A DNA stretch of 28,382 nucleotides from Peptococcaceae bacterium (GCA_019421315.1 JAHZFN010000279.1:3441-31822), one strand, 5' to 3'; numbered from the stretch's first letter, positions 1 to 8,964 are shown. Numbers and translations: made by a program. The notes: a model not told the origin generated them from the letters alone.

Positions 1-585
1 CTTTTGGACGAGACCAACAAGCTTTACGGCGGCGAACCCGGCGACGACGCCACTGTCTGCGCCGTGAAAATCCGCAAACGGGAACCCGTTAATCTGATTA
101 TCGGACCGCCGTCCAACCGCGACGACTGCAACAAGATGATGTCCCTTTTCTTCAACAAAGAGGGCAAGCACATAATCTGCGGCGGCACAACCTCCAACAT
201 TGCGGCAAAATATCTGCGCAAACCTCTACGAACCAGCCTGGACTTTTTGGATCCCGAAATTCCGCCCACGGCAACTCTGGAGGGCGCCGATTTGGTAACG
301 GAGGGCGTTATCACTATCAACCGAGTTTTGGAATATGCCAAAAATTATCTGAAAGACAACAAGTCCTTTGAAGAGTGGTGCTACAAGCACGACGGCGCAT
401 CGCTGATTGCCAGAATGCTTTTTGAGGACGCCACAGATATTAATTTCTTTGTGGGCAAGGCAGTCAACCCCGCCCACCAAAGCAATGCGCTGCCCATTAA
501 TTTCACCATCAAAATGCAGCTGATCAGAGAATTGGCAGATTGTCTGAAAGCTATGGGCAAAAAAATTAAAGTCAGCTATTTTTAG
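1..585 (+). CDS. SpoIIE/PP2C-like serine phosphatase, hydrogenase-associated (HfsC-like); 5'-truncated by the window edge
   Basis: Open frame runs from the window start. It has a PP2C-type GDDATV motif followed by the C-terminal domain with CGGTTS and LVTEGVIT, and lies directly upstream of an [FeFe]-hydrogenase-family gene. Confidence 0.8.
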   Translation, partial: LLDETNKLYGGEPGDDATVCAVKIRKREPVNLIIGPPSNRDDCNKMMSLFFNKEGKHIICGGTTSNIAAKYLRKPLRTSLDFLDPEIPPTATLEGADLVTEGVITINRVLEYAKNYLKDNKSFEEWCYKHDGASLIARMLFEDATDINFFVGKAVNPAHQSNALPINFTIKMQLIRELADCLKAMGKKIKVSYF

Positions 586-597
586 GAGGCAGCATTA

Positions 598-2025
598 ATG
601 CGTAAGTTTGATACCAAGGTTCAGCATTTAAAATACAAGGTTTTGAGAGAAGTGGCTCGGCACGCCTGGAACAACGATTTGCTGGAAAACATTGTGGAAA
701 TCCCCAAAGAAATTATTCCCGGCAAAACGCCCACCATGCGCTGTTGTGTGTACAAAGAACGCGCCATCATGTCAGAAATGGTGAAGCTGGCAATGGGCGG
801 CGACAAAAGCAACCCCAATGTCATCGAGGTTATCGACATTGCCTGCGATGACTGCCCCGACAGCGGCTACACCATAACGGATTCCTGCCGAGGCTGTTTG
901 GCGCACCGCTGCGAGGACGTTTGCCCCAGGGACGCCATTACTTTCGATTCTCACCAAAAGGCGCATATTGACAAATCGAAATGCGTAAACTGCGGCAAAT
1001 GTGCCAAGGTTTGCCCGTATTCTGCCATTGCCAACCGCAAGCGACCCTGTGAAAACGCCTGCAAGGTCAAGGCGATCGATATGGCGCAGGACGGTCACGC
1101 TTTGGTGAAAAACGACAAATGCATTTCCTGCGGCGCCTGTGTGTACCAGTGTCCTTTCGGCGCCATTGCCGACAAATCGTTTATTTTGAACGTTATTGAT
1201 ATGATTCAAAAGAGCGAAAACAACCAAAAATACAAGGTTTACTGTGTGGCGGCTCCCAGCATCTCCAGCCAGTTTTCCTACGCCAAGCTGGGGCAGGTGA
1301 TCACAGCCATCAAAGAGCTGGGCTTTTACCATGTGATTGAGGCGGCTTTGGGCGCTGACATGGTGGCTTATTCCGAATGTCAGGAATTGGCGGAAAAGGG
1401 CTTTTTGACAAGCTCCTGCTGTCCTGCTTTTGTGGATTTCATCGAAAAACAGGTGCCTGCCATGGTGCCGCATATCTCCCATAATCTTTCGCCGATGGCG
1501 ATGATTGCCAAATTTATCAAAAACACAGACCCCGAATCCAAGGTGGTTTTTGTCGGTCCCTGCACCGCCAAGAAAATGGAATTCCAAAAACCCGAGGTTC
1601 GGCAGTATGTGGACTGCGTTATCACCTTTGAGGAATTGCAGGCTTTGTTCGACAGCCGAGATTTCGATCTTTCAACGCTACAAGAGGATATTTTGGACAA
1701 CGCCTCTTATTTCGGCAGAATTTTCGCCAGAAGCGGCGGTCTTTCCGACGCAGTGGCACAAGGCTTGAAAGAAAGAAACATCACCGATTTTGAACTGAAA
1801 GCAATCACCTGCAACGGCATTGAAGAATGCCGCACGGCTTTGCTCAAAGCCTCCCGCGGCAAGGCAGACGGCAACTTTATCGAAGGCATGGCGTGTGTCG
1901 GCGGCTGTATCGGCGGTGCAGGCTGCCTGACTCACGGCGAAAAGAACAAGGCAGACGTTGACAAATACGGCAGAGAAGCCTTGGAAAAAACCATCAGCGA
2001 CGCCATTTCCATCTGGAACATTTAG
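598..2025 (+). CDS. [FeFe]-hydrogenase-family protein with N-terminal 4Fe-4S dicluster domains (HfsD-like)
   Basis: RBS AGGAGG. Several CxxCxxCxxxCP ferredoxin motifs. H-cluster motifs TSSCCPAF, GPCTAKKME and EGMACVGGCIGG. Confidence 0.88.
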   Translation: MRKFDTKVQHLKYKVLREVARHAWNNDLLENIVEIPKEIIPGKTPTMRCCVYKERAIMSEMVKLAMGGDKSNPNVIEVIDIACDDCPDSGYTITDSCRGCLAHRCEDVCPRDAITFDSHQKAHIDKSKCVNCGKCAKVCPYSAIANRKRPCENACKVKAIDMAQDGHALVKNDKCISCGACVYQCPFGAIADKSFILNVIDMIQKSENNQKYKVYCVAAPSISSQFSYAKLGQVITAIKELGFYHVIEAALGADMVAYSECQELAEKGFLTSSCCPAFVDFIEKQVPAMVPHISHNLSPMAMIAKFIKNTDPESKVVFVGPCTAKKMEFQKPEVRQYVDCVITFEELQALFDSRDFDLSTLQEDILDNASYFGRIFARSGGLSDAVAQGLKERNITDFELKAITCNGIEECRTALLKASRGKADGNFIEGMACVGGCIGGAGCLTHGEKNKADVDKYGREALEKTISDAISIWNI

Positions 2026-2146
2026 TTGCCAAAAGCACTTTGGGCTTTTTTACTAAGCTTTCAAGCGCTCGGTTTCGTTCATTTTGATTTCTCCTCCTCT
2101 CTATATAAAAGAATTTGCCGAGCGTGTTAATTTAATATTAGGCATG

Positions 2147-2194
2147 ACAACCCCCCGTTTGCGCCTGTCGGCGTAAATGGGGGGTTGTTTTTTT
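2147..2194 (+). terminator. Rho-independent terminator
   Basis: ACAACCCCCCGTTTGCGCC / GGCGTAAATGGGGGGTTGT stem followed by a T-tract, downstream of the hydrogenase gene. Confidence 0.8.
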
Positions 2195-2265
2195 GTGTGT
2201 TGCTTGTGGCGGAAAAGAATTTTGCTTTGTCGAAAAAATCCTCGTCCGCCTCCGCTTGGGATTTG

Positions 2266-2295
2266 GTAATATTTTTGTACAACCGGGCATAATCT
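2266..2295 (+). promoter_or_regulatory. Putative sigmaE-type sporulation promoter of spoIVFA
   Basis: GTAATATT-N14-CATAATCT resembles the sigmaE -35/-10 consensus. spoIVF is sigmaE-dependent in Bacillus subtilis. Confidence 0.5.
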
Positions 2296-2317
2296 TCTAA
2301 TAAAAGGAGGTTATGAG

Positions 2318-3019
2318 ATGAGCGTAAGAGATTTTTTTGACAACAACGGCGGCGGTGATTACGGCTGGAACAATAACGGTAAAAAAGGTGGTTCGCCTTT
2401 CGGCCATTTTGTGGGGCAGCTGGTCATTGCGGGGCTGATTTTTGCCTGCGTTCTCTGCTGTTACGATAAAGAAGGGGCGGCGGGCGACGCCGTGCGTTTT
2501 GTGGTGGCGATGGCAACGGTGGAGGATGGCGAAATGCTGGCAGTGGACGGCAATATTTTTTCGGCGGGCGAAACTCCAAAAGACGGCGAAACCGACGAAA
2601 GCCTTGACACCTCGGCGGCATATACGGTTTCTGCCGACGAAAACGGGCGGATTGCCATGATTTTGCCAATGAGCGGCGTTATGGAAAAATCCTTCGGCGA
2701 CCCCGCCAAAGACGGCGGCACTTCCGACGGCATAGATATTCGGGCGGAAGCCGACCAAAAGGTTAAGGCGGCGGCTCCCGGCAAGGTCAGCGACATCATC
2801 AAAGACGGCAGCTCCTACAAGGTTCTCATCGCTCACAGCGATACCCTGGAAAGTCACTATGTGGGCGTGGGGGAAGTCTGCGTGGAAAAAGGCGCCGAGG
2901 TTATGCAGGGTGATAAAATCGGCAGAGTGGCGGACGGCGGCATTTTGCATTTTTCCGTTTACAAAGACGGCGGCTCTCTTGATCCTCTGTCCTTTTTGGA
3001 AAGTCCTGCCGCCAATTAA
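2318..3019 (+). CDS. spoIVFA: SpoIVFA-like membrane-anchored M23/LytM-family protein, probably catalytically inactive
   Basis: RBS AAGGAGG. One N-terminal TM segment. M23 fold motifs GIDI..., AAAPGKV, GDKIG and LHF..., with the zinc-ligand His residues lost (SDGID, ILHF). Immediately upstream of an M50 protease. Confidence 0.7.
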   Translation: MSVRDFFDNNGGGDYGWNNNGKKGGSPFGHFVGQLVIAGLIFACVLCCYDKEGAAGDAVRFVVAMATVEDGEMLAVDGNIFSAGETPKDGETDESLDTSAAYTVSADENGRIAMILPMSGVMEKSFGDPAKDGGTSDGIDIRAEADQKVKAAAPGKVSDIIKDGSSYKVLIAHSDTLESHYVGVGEVCVEKGAEVMQGDKIGRVADGGILHFSVYKDGGSLDPLSFLESPAAN

Positions 3020-3106
3020 TTTAAGAGGATAAATTAAGGGATTTTGGTTCGGCAGGCGTTGTTTTTAATTAATTTTGCTTTGAAAAATCGAAAGAGGTGA
3101 AATGTT

Positions 3107-3733
3107 GTGGTAATCAATATCCGCAATAATACAAAAAAACTCAAAATTGCGGCGGGGTGTTGTCTGTTTTTGCTGGTGGCAAATTTTATTAACGGCAGAT
3201 ATTTTCTGCCGATGCTGGCGGGCTGGCTGATCCATGAGGCGGGGCACATTGCGGCGGGCGCTTTTGTTAAGGTCAGGGTGAAACCAGAGGTTGGGCTTTT
3301 GGGGATCGGTTTGAAAGAAAGCCGAGGCGTGGACGGACTGCGGGAGAGCGTTTTGGCAAGCGGCGGCGTTTTGGCAAATTTTCTTTGGGGTGTTTTATCA
3401 AATTTGCTGGGGTTGGAATATTTTTACGAAGCATCGATGGTTTTGGCAATAGTGAATCTGCTGCCCGTTTTGCCTTTGGACGGCGGCAAAATTCTGCGGG
3501 GCGTGCTGAGCCGATATTATTCCCGCCTGCAGGTTACAAAGGCGCTGGCTTATTGGGGACAAGTTCTGGCTTTGGTGATGACAATCGCTGTTTTCTGGTT
3601 TGGCTTAAGACTTTGGCTTTTGATTTTGCCCGTTGCTTTGTATGTTCTGGCTTTGGCGGATTTGCGGAGCGATGAGTATTTCCTTGCCAAAAGAGCCGCC
3701 CGAAGGTATCAAAAAGGCGGCGTTTTTATGTGA
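3107..3733 (+). CDS. spoIVFB: SpoIVFB-like site-2 (M50) intramembrane metalloprotease
   Basis: HEAGH (HExxH) and NLLPVLPLDGG motifs, hydrophobic segments, and synteny with spoIVFA and the TIGR03960-rng cluster. Confidence 0.78.
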   Translation: MVINIRNNTKKLKIAAGCCLFLLVANFINGRYFLPMLAGWLIHEAGHIAAGAFVKVRVKPEVGLLGIGLKESRGVDGLRESVLASGGVLANFLWGVLSNLLGLEYFYEASMVLAIVNLLPVLPLDGGKILRGVLSRYYSRLQVTKALAYWGQVLALVMTIAVFWFGLRLWLLILPVALYVLALADLRSDEYFLAKRAARRYQKGGVFM

Positions 3734-3954
3734 GAAAAAGCCGCAAAGGGCGCAGACGGACAAACTGCAAAGGCGGCAAATAATCAGCTGTCAAAATAGC
3801 ATTAAAATAAAGGATATACAGGTATTCCCGAAGAATATAAATAAGTTAGAGTAATTACAGCCAAAATGAATTGGCGTAAAATATTGTGTCTAATCATATT
3901 TGTATAATTTAATATAGATTAAGAAGAAATTTATTTATAATTGGGAGTTGGCAT

Positions 3955-5922
3955 ATGACCGAAGAAAGATATAAAAGTTGGACAAAAGAGGTTGAGGAGC
4001 AGCTTTTGCCCTACATAGAAAAACCGGGGCAGTACCTGGGCAACGAGTTTAACGCTGTGGAGAAAAATTTGACGGATGTGCAGGCAACATTTGCCTTTTG
4101 TTTCCCCGATACCTACGAGATAGGTATGTCTCATTTGGGTTTGCGGGTGCTTTACGAGGTTACTAACAAAGACCCCCGCTTTGCCATGGAACGCAGCTTT
4201 GCGCCCCAGGTGGATATGGAAAATTTAATGCGGCAAAAGCAAATTCCCCTTTTCACATGGGAAAACTACCATGCAATTAAGGACTTTGATTTTGTCGGCT
4301 TTACACTGCAATACGAAATGAGCTTTTCCAACATTTTGAATATGCTGGATTTGGCGGGGCTGCCCGTTTATGCCGCCGACCGTGCGGCTTTGGACGATAT
4401 GCCGATAGTGGCGGCGGGAGGACCCTGCGCCTATGACTAGGGACAGAGGGCAGATGTTCGCGTCGTTCTCGTTGGGGGCGGGGGCGAGGAAGTGAATTTG
4501 GAGCTGATGGAGCTTTGGGTTAAGGTTCGCGATGAAGCGGGCGGCAGAACCAAAGAGGCAAAGGAAAAATTTTTGGCGGAAGCCTGCCAAATTCAGGGCG
4601 TTTATGTGCCCAAGCTTTACACGCCTCTTTGGGACGAAAAGGGCAAGCTGCTGGCTATTGAGCCTGCGGAAAACGCCCCTGCCGTTGTTACCAAAAGAAT
4701 TATCAAGGACGTGGAAAACGTCGGTTTCCCGGTGCGCCCCATTGTGCCTTTTACCCAGATTGTCCACGACAGAGTTGTGCTGGAGGTTATGCGGGGCTGT
4801 AACCGAGGCTGTCGCTTTTGCCAGGCGGGCATAATTTACCGCCCCGTCCGTGAGAAATCCGTCGAGGTTCTGCGGCGGCAGGCAAAGGAAGCCGTCAAAA
4901 CCAGCGGCTATGACGAAATCGGTATGATTTCCCTTTCCACGGCGGATTATTCCTGCGTTGAGGAGCTGATAGACAGCTTGATGGCAGACAACAAGGGCGA
5001 TGGTGTCAGTGTTTCCCTGCCCAGCCTGCGGGTGGATGCTTTTTCGGTGGATTTGGCAAAAAGAGTTCAGCAGGTGCGGAAATCGGGCTTGACATTTGCA
5101 CCTGAGGCAGGCACCCAGAGAATGCGGGATATTATCAACAAAGGTGTCAGCGAAGACGATATTGTGGCGGCGGTCAGCTCTGCCCTTGCCAACGGCTGGC
5201 ACACCATCAAGCTTTACTTTATGGCGGGTCTGCCTTTTGAAACCAACGAGGATTTGGACGGCATTTTTGAAATCACGAGAAAAATAATTCGTATCGGCAA
5301 GGAAATGAACGCCGGCAAGAAAAACAGCAAGCCCATCAACGTTACGGTCAGTGTTTCGTTTTTTGTGCCGAAGGCGCATACGCCTTTTCAATGGTTCGGA
5401 CAAGTTGCCCGTGAGGATTTGCTTGCCAAGAGAGATTATCTGTACAATAAATTCAAGCCTTTGAAAAACGCCCGTTTGGCTTGCCACGGCGTGGATTTGG
5501 GATTCTTGGAGGGCTGTTTTGCCAGAGGCGACCGCCGACTTTGCAGTGTGCTTTATGAAGCGTGGCGTTCGGGCTGTAAATTTGACGGCTGGACAGAGCA
5601 TTTTTCCTATGACAAATGGCTGAAAGCCTTTGCCAAGGTGGGTCTTGACCCCAAGGATTTTGCCAACCACACCTTTGAAAAGGACGATTATCTGCCGTGG
5701 GATATTGTTTCGGTGGGCGTGAACAAAAAATGGCTTTGGAAAGAATGGGAAAAGGCGGAGCTGGGCATTGTTACTCCCAACTGCCGCAAAGACAAATGCA
5801 GCGGCTGCGGCGTTTGCGGTGCTGTGAAGTGCAATAATCTTTACCAAAAGCCTTATGAACCGAAAGAAAAAAACGAAAATAAATGCAATAATAATGGCAA
5901 TAAGGAGGGAGAAGTATGCTAA
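3955..5922 (+). CDS. TIGR03960-family B12-binding radical SAM protein, interrupted by an in-frame TAG at 4438-4440 (pseudogene or sequence error)
   Basis: ORFs 3955-4440 and 4492-5922 are in the same frame. Motifs FPDTYEIGMSHLG, GFTLQYE, GGPCAY, CNRGCRFC (radical SAM), TFAPEAG and a C-terminal CxxCGVC. Followed by a TIGR03936 gene. Confidence 0.88.
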
Positions 5923-6578
5923 TCAGATTTTCTTACTCCGTAACGGGGCCTGTGAAATTCCTCTCCCATCTGGATTTGCTGAAATATTTCTGCAAGGCGG
6001 TGAAAAGGGCGGATATTCCCATCGCCTATTCCGAGGGCTTTAACCCTCACCCGAAAATCGCTTTCGGGCCGCCCAGAGGGGTTGCCATTGCGGGCTTGAA
6101 CGAATACTGCGATATGAAGCTGAAAACGGAAATGACAGCTGAAGATTTTGCGGAAAAATTCAATGCCGCCCTGCCCAAAGGGATTCGCATTAACAACGCT
6201 CGTGTTGTAACGGGCAAAGCCAAGCCTTTGCAGGCGGTTATCAACCGAGCCGAATACGAAGCGGAAATCACAGGCGGCGGTTTGGCTTCTATGCCCGCCA
6301 AGGTGGACGAGCTGTTAAAGGCGGAAAACATCGAGTTTGTGCGCCATAACCCCAAAAAAGGCGATAAAACCATCAATCTCCGCAGCGGCATCGAAAGCCT
6401 GCATTGGCGGGGAGACGAAACAAGCGGCAGACTGCGGATGTCTTTGATTTTCGGAGCAAGCGGCAGCGTTAAACCGACAGAGGTGGTTAAGTATCTGACA
6501 GGGGATGCAGGCGACTGCGTCATTGTTCGAACGGGGCTTTTTGTGGTTGATGAAAAGGGCAAAAGAAAACTGCCTTGA
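5916..6578 (+). CDS. TIGR03936-family radical SAM-associated protein (DUF2344)
   Basis: FLSHLD and IAYSEGFNPHPKIAFGPP motifs; overlaps the end of the radical SAM gene. Confidence 0.9.
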   Translation: MLIRFSYSVTGPVKFLSHLDLLKYFCKAVKRADIPIAYSEGFNPHPKIAFGPPRGVAIAGLNEYCDMKLKTEMTAEDFAEKFNAALPKGIRINNARVVTGKAKPLQAVINRAEYEAEITGGGLASMPAKVDELLKAENIEFVRHNPKKGDKTINLRSGIESLHWRGDETSGRLRMSLIFGASGSVKPTEVVKYLTGDAGDCVIVRTGLFVVDEKGKRKLP

Positions 6579-6583
6579 TTATG

Positions 6584-6728
6584 CCTGCTTATCAGGCAGT
6601 GTGTCAATAAGCGGCGCAATACGGCGTCATTAACACAAAGGCTTCCTCGGAGTATTTCAATACACCTGCGTCAGCCTTTGCGTTAATTCCTTGTCTTGCT
6701 TGCTTCTTGACCCGCTTTGGTTAGCAGG
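6584..6728. repeat. 145-nt imperfect palindrome (REP/MITE-like hairpin element)
   Basis: Nested pairings CCTGCT/AGCAGG, GTCAA/TTGAC, AAGC/GCTT, GCAA/TTGC, ATTAAC/GTTAAT, CAAAGGCT/AGCCTTTG and GTATT/AATAC. Confidence 0.65.
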
Positions 6729-6834
6729 AAGAATTTGTTTGTGCCGCAAAAATGGCAAAAAAATGGCGATAAAGATAATATTGTCATATTGCATTAAAAT
6801 ATTTTGTCGCTTAAATAACAACTAAGACCATCAA

Positions 6835-6969
6835 CCGCTGAAATATAATTTGACTTAGCGGCACCCCGGCCAAGCAATCAGGTTGGTAAAAGAAAGCGCA
6901 ATAACAGACTACACCGAGTTATAATAGCGTTTATACCGCATCTTCGAAGTTTAACAACATCCACGTCGT
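6835..6969. repeat. Half copy (apex plus right arm) of the palindromic element at 27192-27447
   Basis: Exact 25-mer CGAAGTTTAACAACATCCACGTCGT (6945-6969 = 27419-27443) and exact 19-mer AAAGAAAGCGCAATAACAG (6889-6907 = 27364-27382), collinear. Confidence 0.85.
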
Positions 6970-6993
6970 CAAAAGAAAAAAGGATATGGGAAA

Positions 6994-8673
6994 ATGATAA
7001 AAGAGATAATTGTAAGAAATATGCCGGAAGAAACTATGGTCGCCGTAACGGAGGATCATAAACTGGTTGAGATATACTTTGAAAGAACCGAAAACCGCAG
7101 CATTATGGGGAATATTTATAAGGGCAAGGTGGAAAACGTTTTGCCCGGTATGCAGGCGGCTTTTGTTAATATGGGAGAAGCCAAAAACGGTTTTTTGTAT
7201 GTGAACGACGCTGTGCCGAGGCAGATGGACGCCGAGGGCAATGTGCTGGAACCGAAAAACGCCATTGACGAGGTGCTGAAGCAGGGTCAGGAAATTACCG
7301 TGCAGATTATGAAGGAACCGGTCGGCAGCAAGGGAGCTAGGATCACAACCCACCCCACATTGCCGGGGCGTTTTGTGGTTTTGATGCCCACCGTTAAATA
7401 TATCGGTATCAGCCGCCGCATTGAAGATGAGGCGGAAAGAGACAGACTGAAAAATCTGATGGGAGAAATTTTGGGCGACAAAATGGGCGCCATTATCCGC
7501 ACGTCGGCGGCGGGCGTCGGCAGAGAGGAACTGGAAAAGGACGTGAAAATGCTGATGCACCAATGGTACCGTATTCAGCAGAAAGCCTTTAAGGCGGCGG
7601 CTCCCGCTTTGGTGCATAAGGATTATACATTGCTGGAAAGAATGGTTCGGGATATTTTTGTCGGTGAGATAGATAAAATTTATGCCGATTCCGTTGATAC
7701 CAAGGAAAAACTGCGGGATATTCTGGATTTTTTTGTACCGGAGGATAAAGATAAGGTAACTGTGGCGGCGCGCGACATTATGCAGGTGAACGATATTGCC
7801 GCCCAGCTGGAAAGAGCCTTGAAAAATAAGGTTTGGCTGAAATGCGGCGGCTATCTGATTATCGAGCAGATGGAGGCGCTGACGGTAATTGATGTCAACA
7901 CAGGTAAATATGTGGGCGAAAGAGATTTGGAAAACACAGTTTTTACAACCAATATCGAGGCGGCGACGGAAATTGCCAAACAGCTGCGCCTGCGCAATAT
8001 CGGCGGCATAATCATCATCGACTTCATTGATATGCAGGACGAAAAGGATAAAGAGGAAATTCTGTGTCATCTGGCAAAAGAACTGAAGAAAGACAGGATT
8101 AAAACCAATATTATGGGATTAACTCAGCTGGGCTTGGTGGAGATGACCAGGAAGAAAAACGGCAAGGTATTAAGCTCTGTTTTGATGAAGGACTGTGCTT
8201 TCTGCGGCGGCAGAGGCAAGGTATATTCGGAGGAAAGCGTTTATATCAGTTTGAAAAAAGAGCTTTTGTCTGTGGCGGCGGCAACTCCCGCCGCAGGCGT
8301 TTACGTTGAAACCAATCCCGCCGTTGCGGCGTATATCATTGGCAGCGGCGGCGGCAATTTGGATAAGCTGGAAAAGCAAACGGGCAAAAGCATTTTTGTC
8401 AAAGGCAACGCCGATCTGAAAGCCGAAGATTTTATTGTCCGCCCGCATTATGACAGCGGCGAGGGTTCAGGCGTTGTGGCGCCGGTGGCAGTGGACGACG
8501 AACTGACAATACATATCGACGGTTTGCGTGACGAAAACCCTGCCGACGGTGTGGGCAGGGTGAACGGTTTTGTTATTATCATTGAAGACGGCGGCAAATA
8601 TCTGAACATGGAAATCAAAATAAAAATTAAAGAAATTTATAAAACTTACGGAAAAGGTATTGCGCTTGTGTGA
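6994..8673 (+). CDS. rng: Ribonuclease E/G family (Rne/Rng) with C-terminal TRAM-like domain
   Basis: GNIYKGKVENVLPGMQAAFV (S1 domain), EALTVIDVNTG and LRNIGGIIIIDFIDM catalytic motifs, CxxCxGxG Zn-link, and a C-terminal DGVGRVNGFVI segment typical of TRAM. Confidence 0.93.
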   Translation: MIKEIIVRNMPEETMVAVTEDHKLVEIYFERTENRSIMGNIYKGKVENVLPGMQAAFVNMGEAKNGFLYVNDAVPRQMDAEGNVLEPKNAIDEVLKQGQEITVQIMKEPVGSKGARITTHPTLPGRFVVLMPTVKYIGISRRIEDEAERDRLKNLMGEILGDKMGAIIRTSAAGVGREELEKDVKMLMHQWYRIQQKAFKAAAPALVHKDYTLLERMVRDIFVGEIDKIYADSVDTKEKLRDILDFFVPEDKDKVTVAARDIMQVNDIAAQLERALKNKVWLKCGGYLIIEQMEALTVIDVNTGKYVGERDLENTVFTTNIEAATEIAKQLRLRNIGGIIIIDFIDMQDEKDKEEILCHLAKELKKDRIKTNIMGLTQLGLVEMTRKKNGKVLSSVLMKDCAFCGGRGKVYSEESVYISLKKELLSVAAATPAAGVYVETNPAVAAYIIGSGGGNLDKLEKQTGKSIFVKGNADLKAEDFIVRPHYDSGEGSGVVAPVAVDDELTIHIDGLRDENPADGVGRVNGFVIIIEDGGKYLNMEIKIKIKEIYKTYGKGIALV

Positions 8674-8688
8674 AAAATGTTATATAAT
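8660..8688 (+). promoter_or_regulatory. sigmaA-type promoter of tRNA-Pro
   Basis: TTGCGC-N17-TATAAT overlapping the rng stop codon. Confidence 0.55.
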
Positions 8689-8730
8689 AGTTGATGTGCC
8701 ACGGATTAGATATTGTAATCTGTGGCTCTT

Positions 8731-8808
8731 CGGGGCGTAGCTCAGTTTGGCTAGAGTGCTACCTTGGGGTGGTAGAGGTCGCAAGTTCAAGTCTTGTCGC
8801 TCCGACCA
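8731..8808 (+). tRNA. tRNA-Pro (GGG)
   Basis: Cloverleaf with acceptor stem CGGGGCG/CGCTCCG, D-arm, anticodon stem CTACC/GGTAG with loop TTGGGGT, T-loop GTTCAAG and encoded CCA. Confidence 0.97.
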
Positions 8809-8809
8809 T

Positions 8810-8845
8810 AAAAGACCGGCTATACAAGCCGGTCTTATTTTTTTT
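8810..8845 (+). terminator. Terminator downstream of tRNA-Pro
   Basis: AAGACCGGC/GCCGGTCTT stem plus T-tract. Confidence 0.8.
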
Positions 8846-8899
8846 GCCCCAAGGCAGCAATGGAAATATCTCCGAAATAGGGGATAATTTGAAGCAAAA

Positions 8900-8964
8900 T
8901 GTACTAAATTTTGTACTAAATTTTCAGGTATACTCAGCATTGACGGAAAAATCATGTACTAAAT
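8900..8964. repeat. Three TGTACTAAAT direct repeats, putative integrase arm-type sites
   Basis: Copies at 8900-8909, 8912-8921 and 8955-8964, between the att core and the integrase stop codon. Confidence 0.6.

Noticed and set aside
4438..4440. Amber recoding or pyrrolysine read-through
   Set aside because: TAG is the normal terminator of three genes here (ending at 585, 2025 and 25572). The TAG falls at a position expected to be Pro, and neighbouring codons are also corrupted. No pyl genes are in the window.
4432..4494. Diversity-generating retroelement variable region
   Set aside because: The inferred changes are not adenine-specific, no template repeat or reverse transcriptase is in the window, and the target would be a conserved enzyme core.
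4225..5847. Long antisense ORFs (also 772-1587, 6931-8070, 12744-14570, 17916-19373, 20023-21450, 27411-28316)
   Set aside because: They shadow well-supported genes on the opposite strand and have no recognisable motifs.
6945..6969. CRISPR repeat (25-mer repeated at 27419-27443)
   Set aside because: Only two copies, 20 kb apart, with no spacer periodicity and no cas genes. The 25-mer is the terminus of a larger palindromic element.
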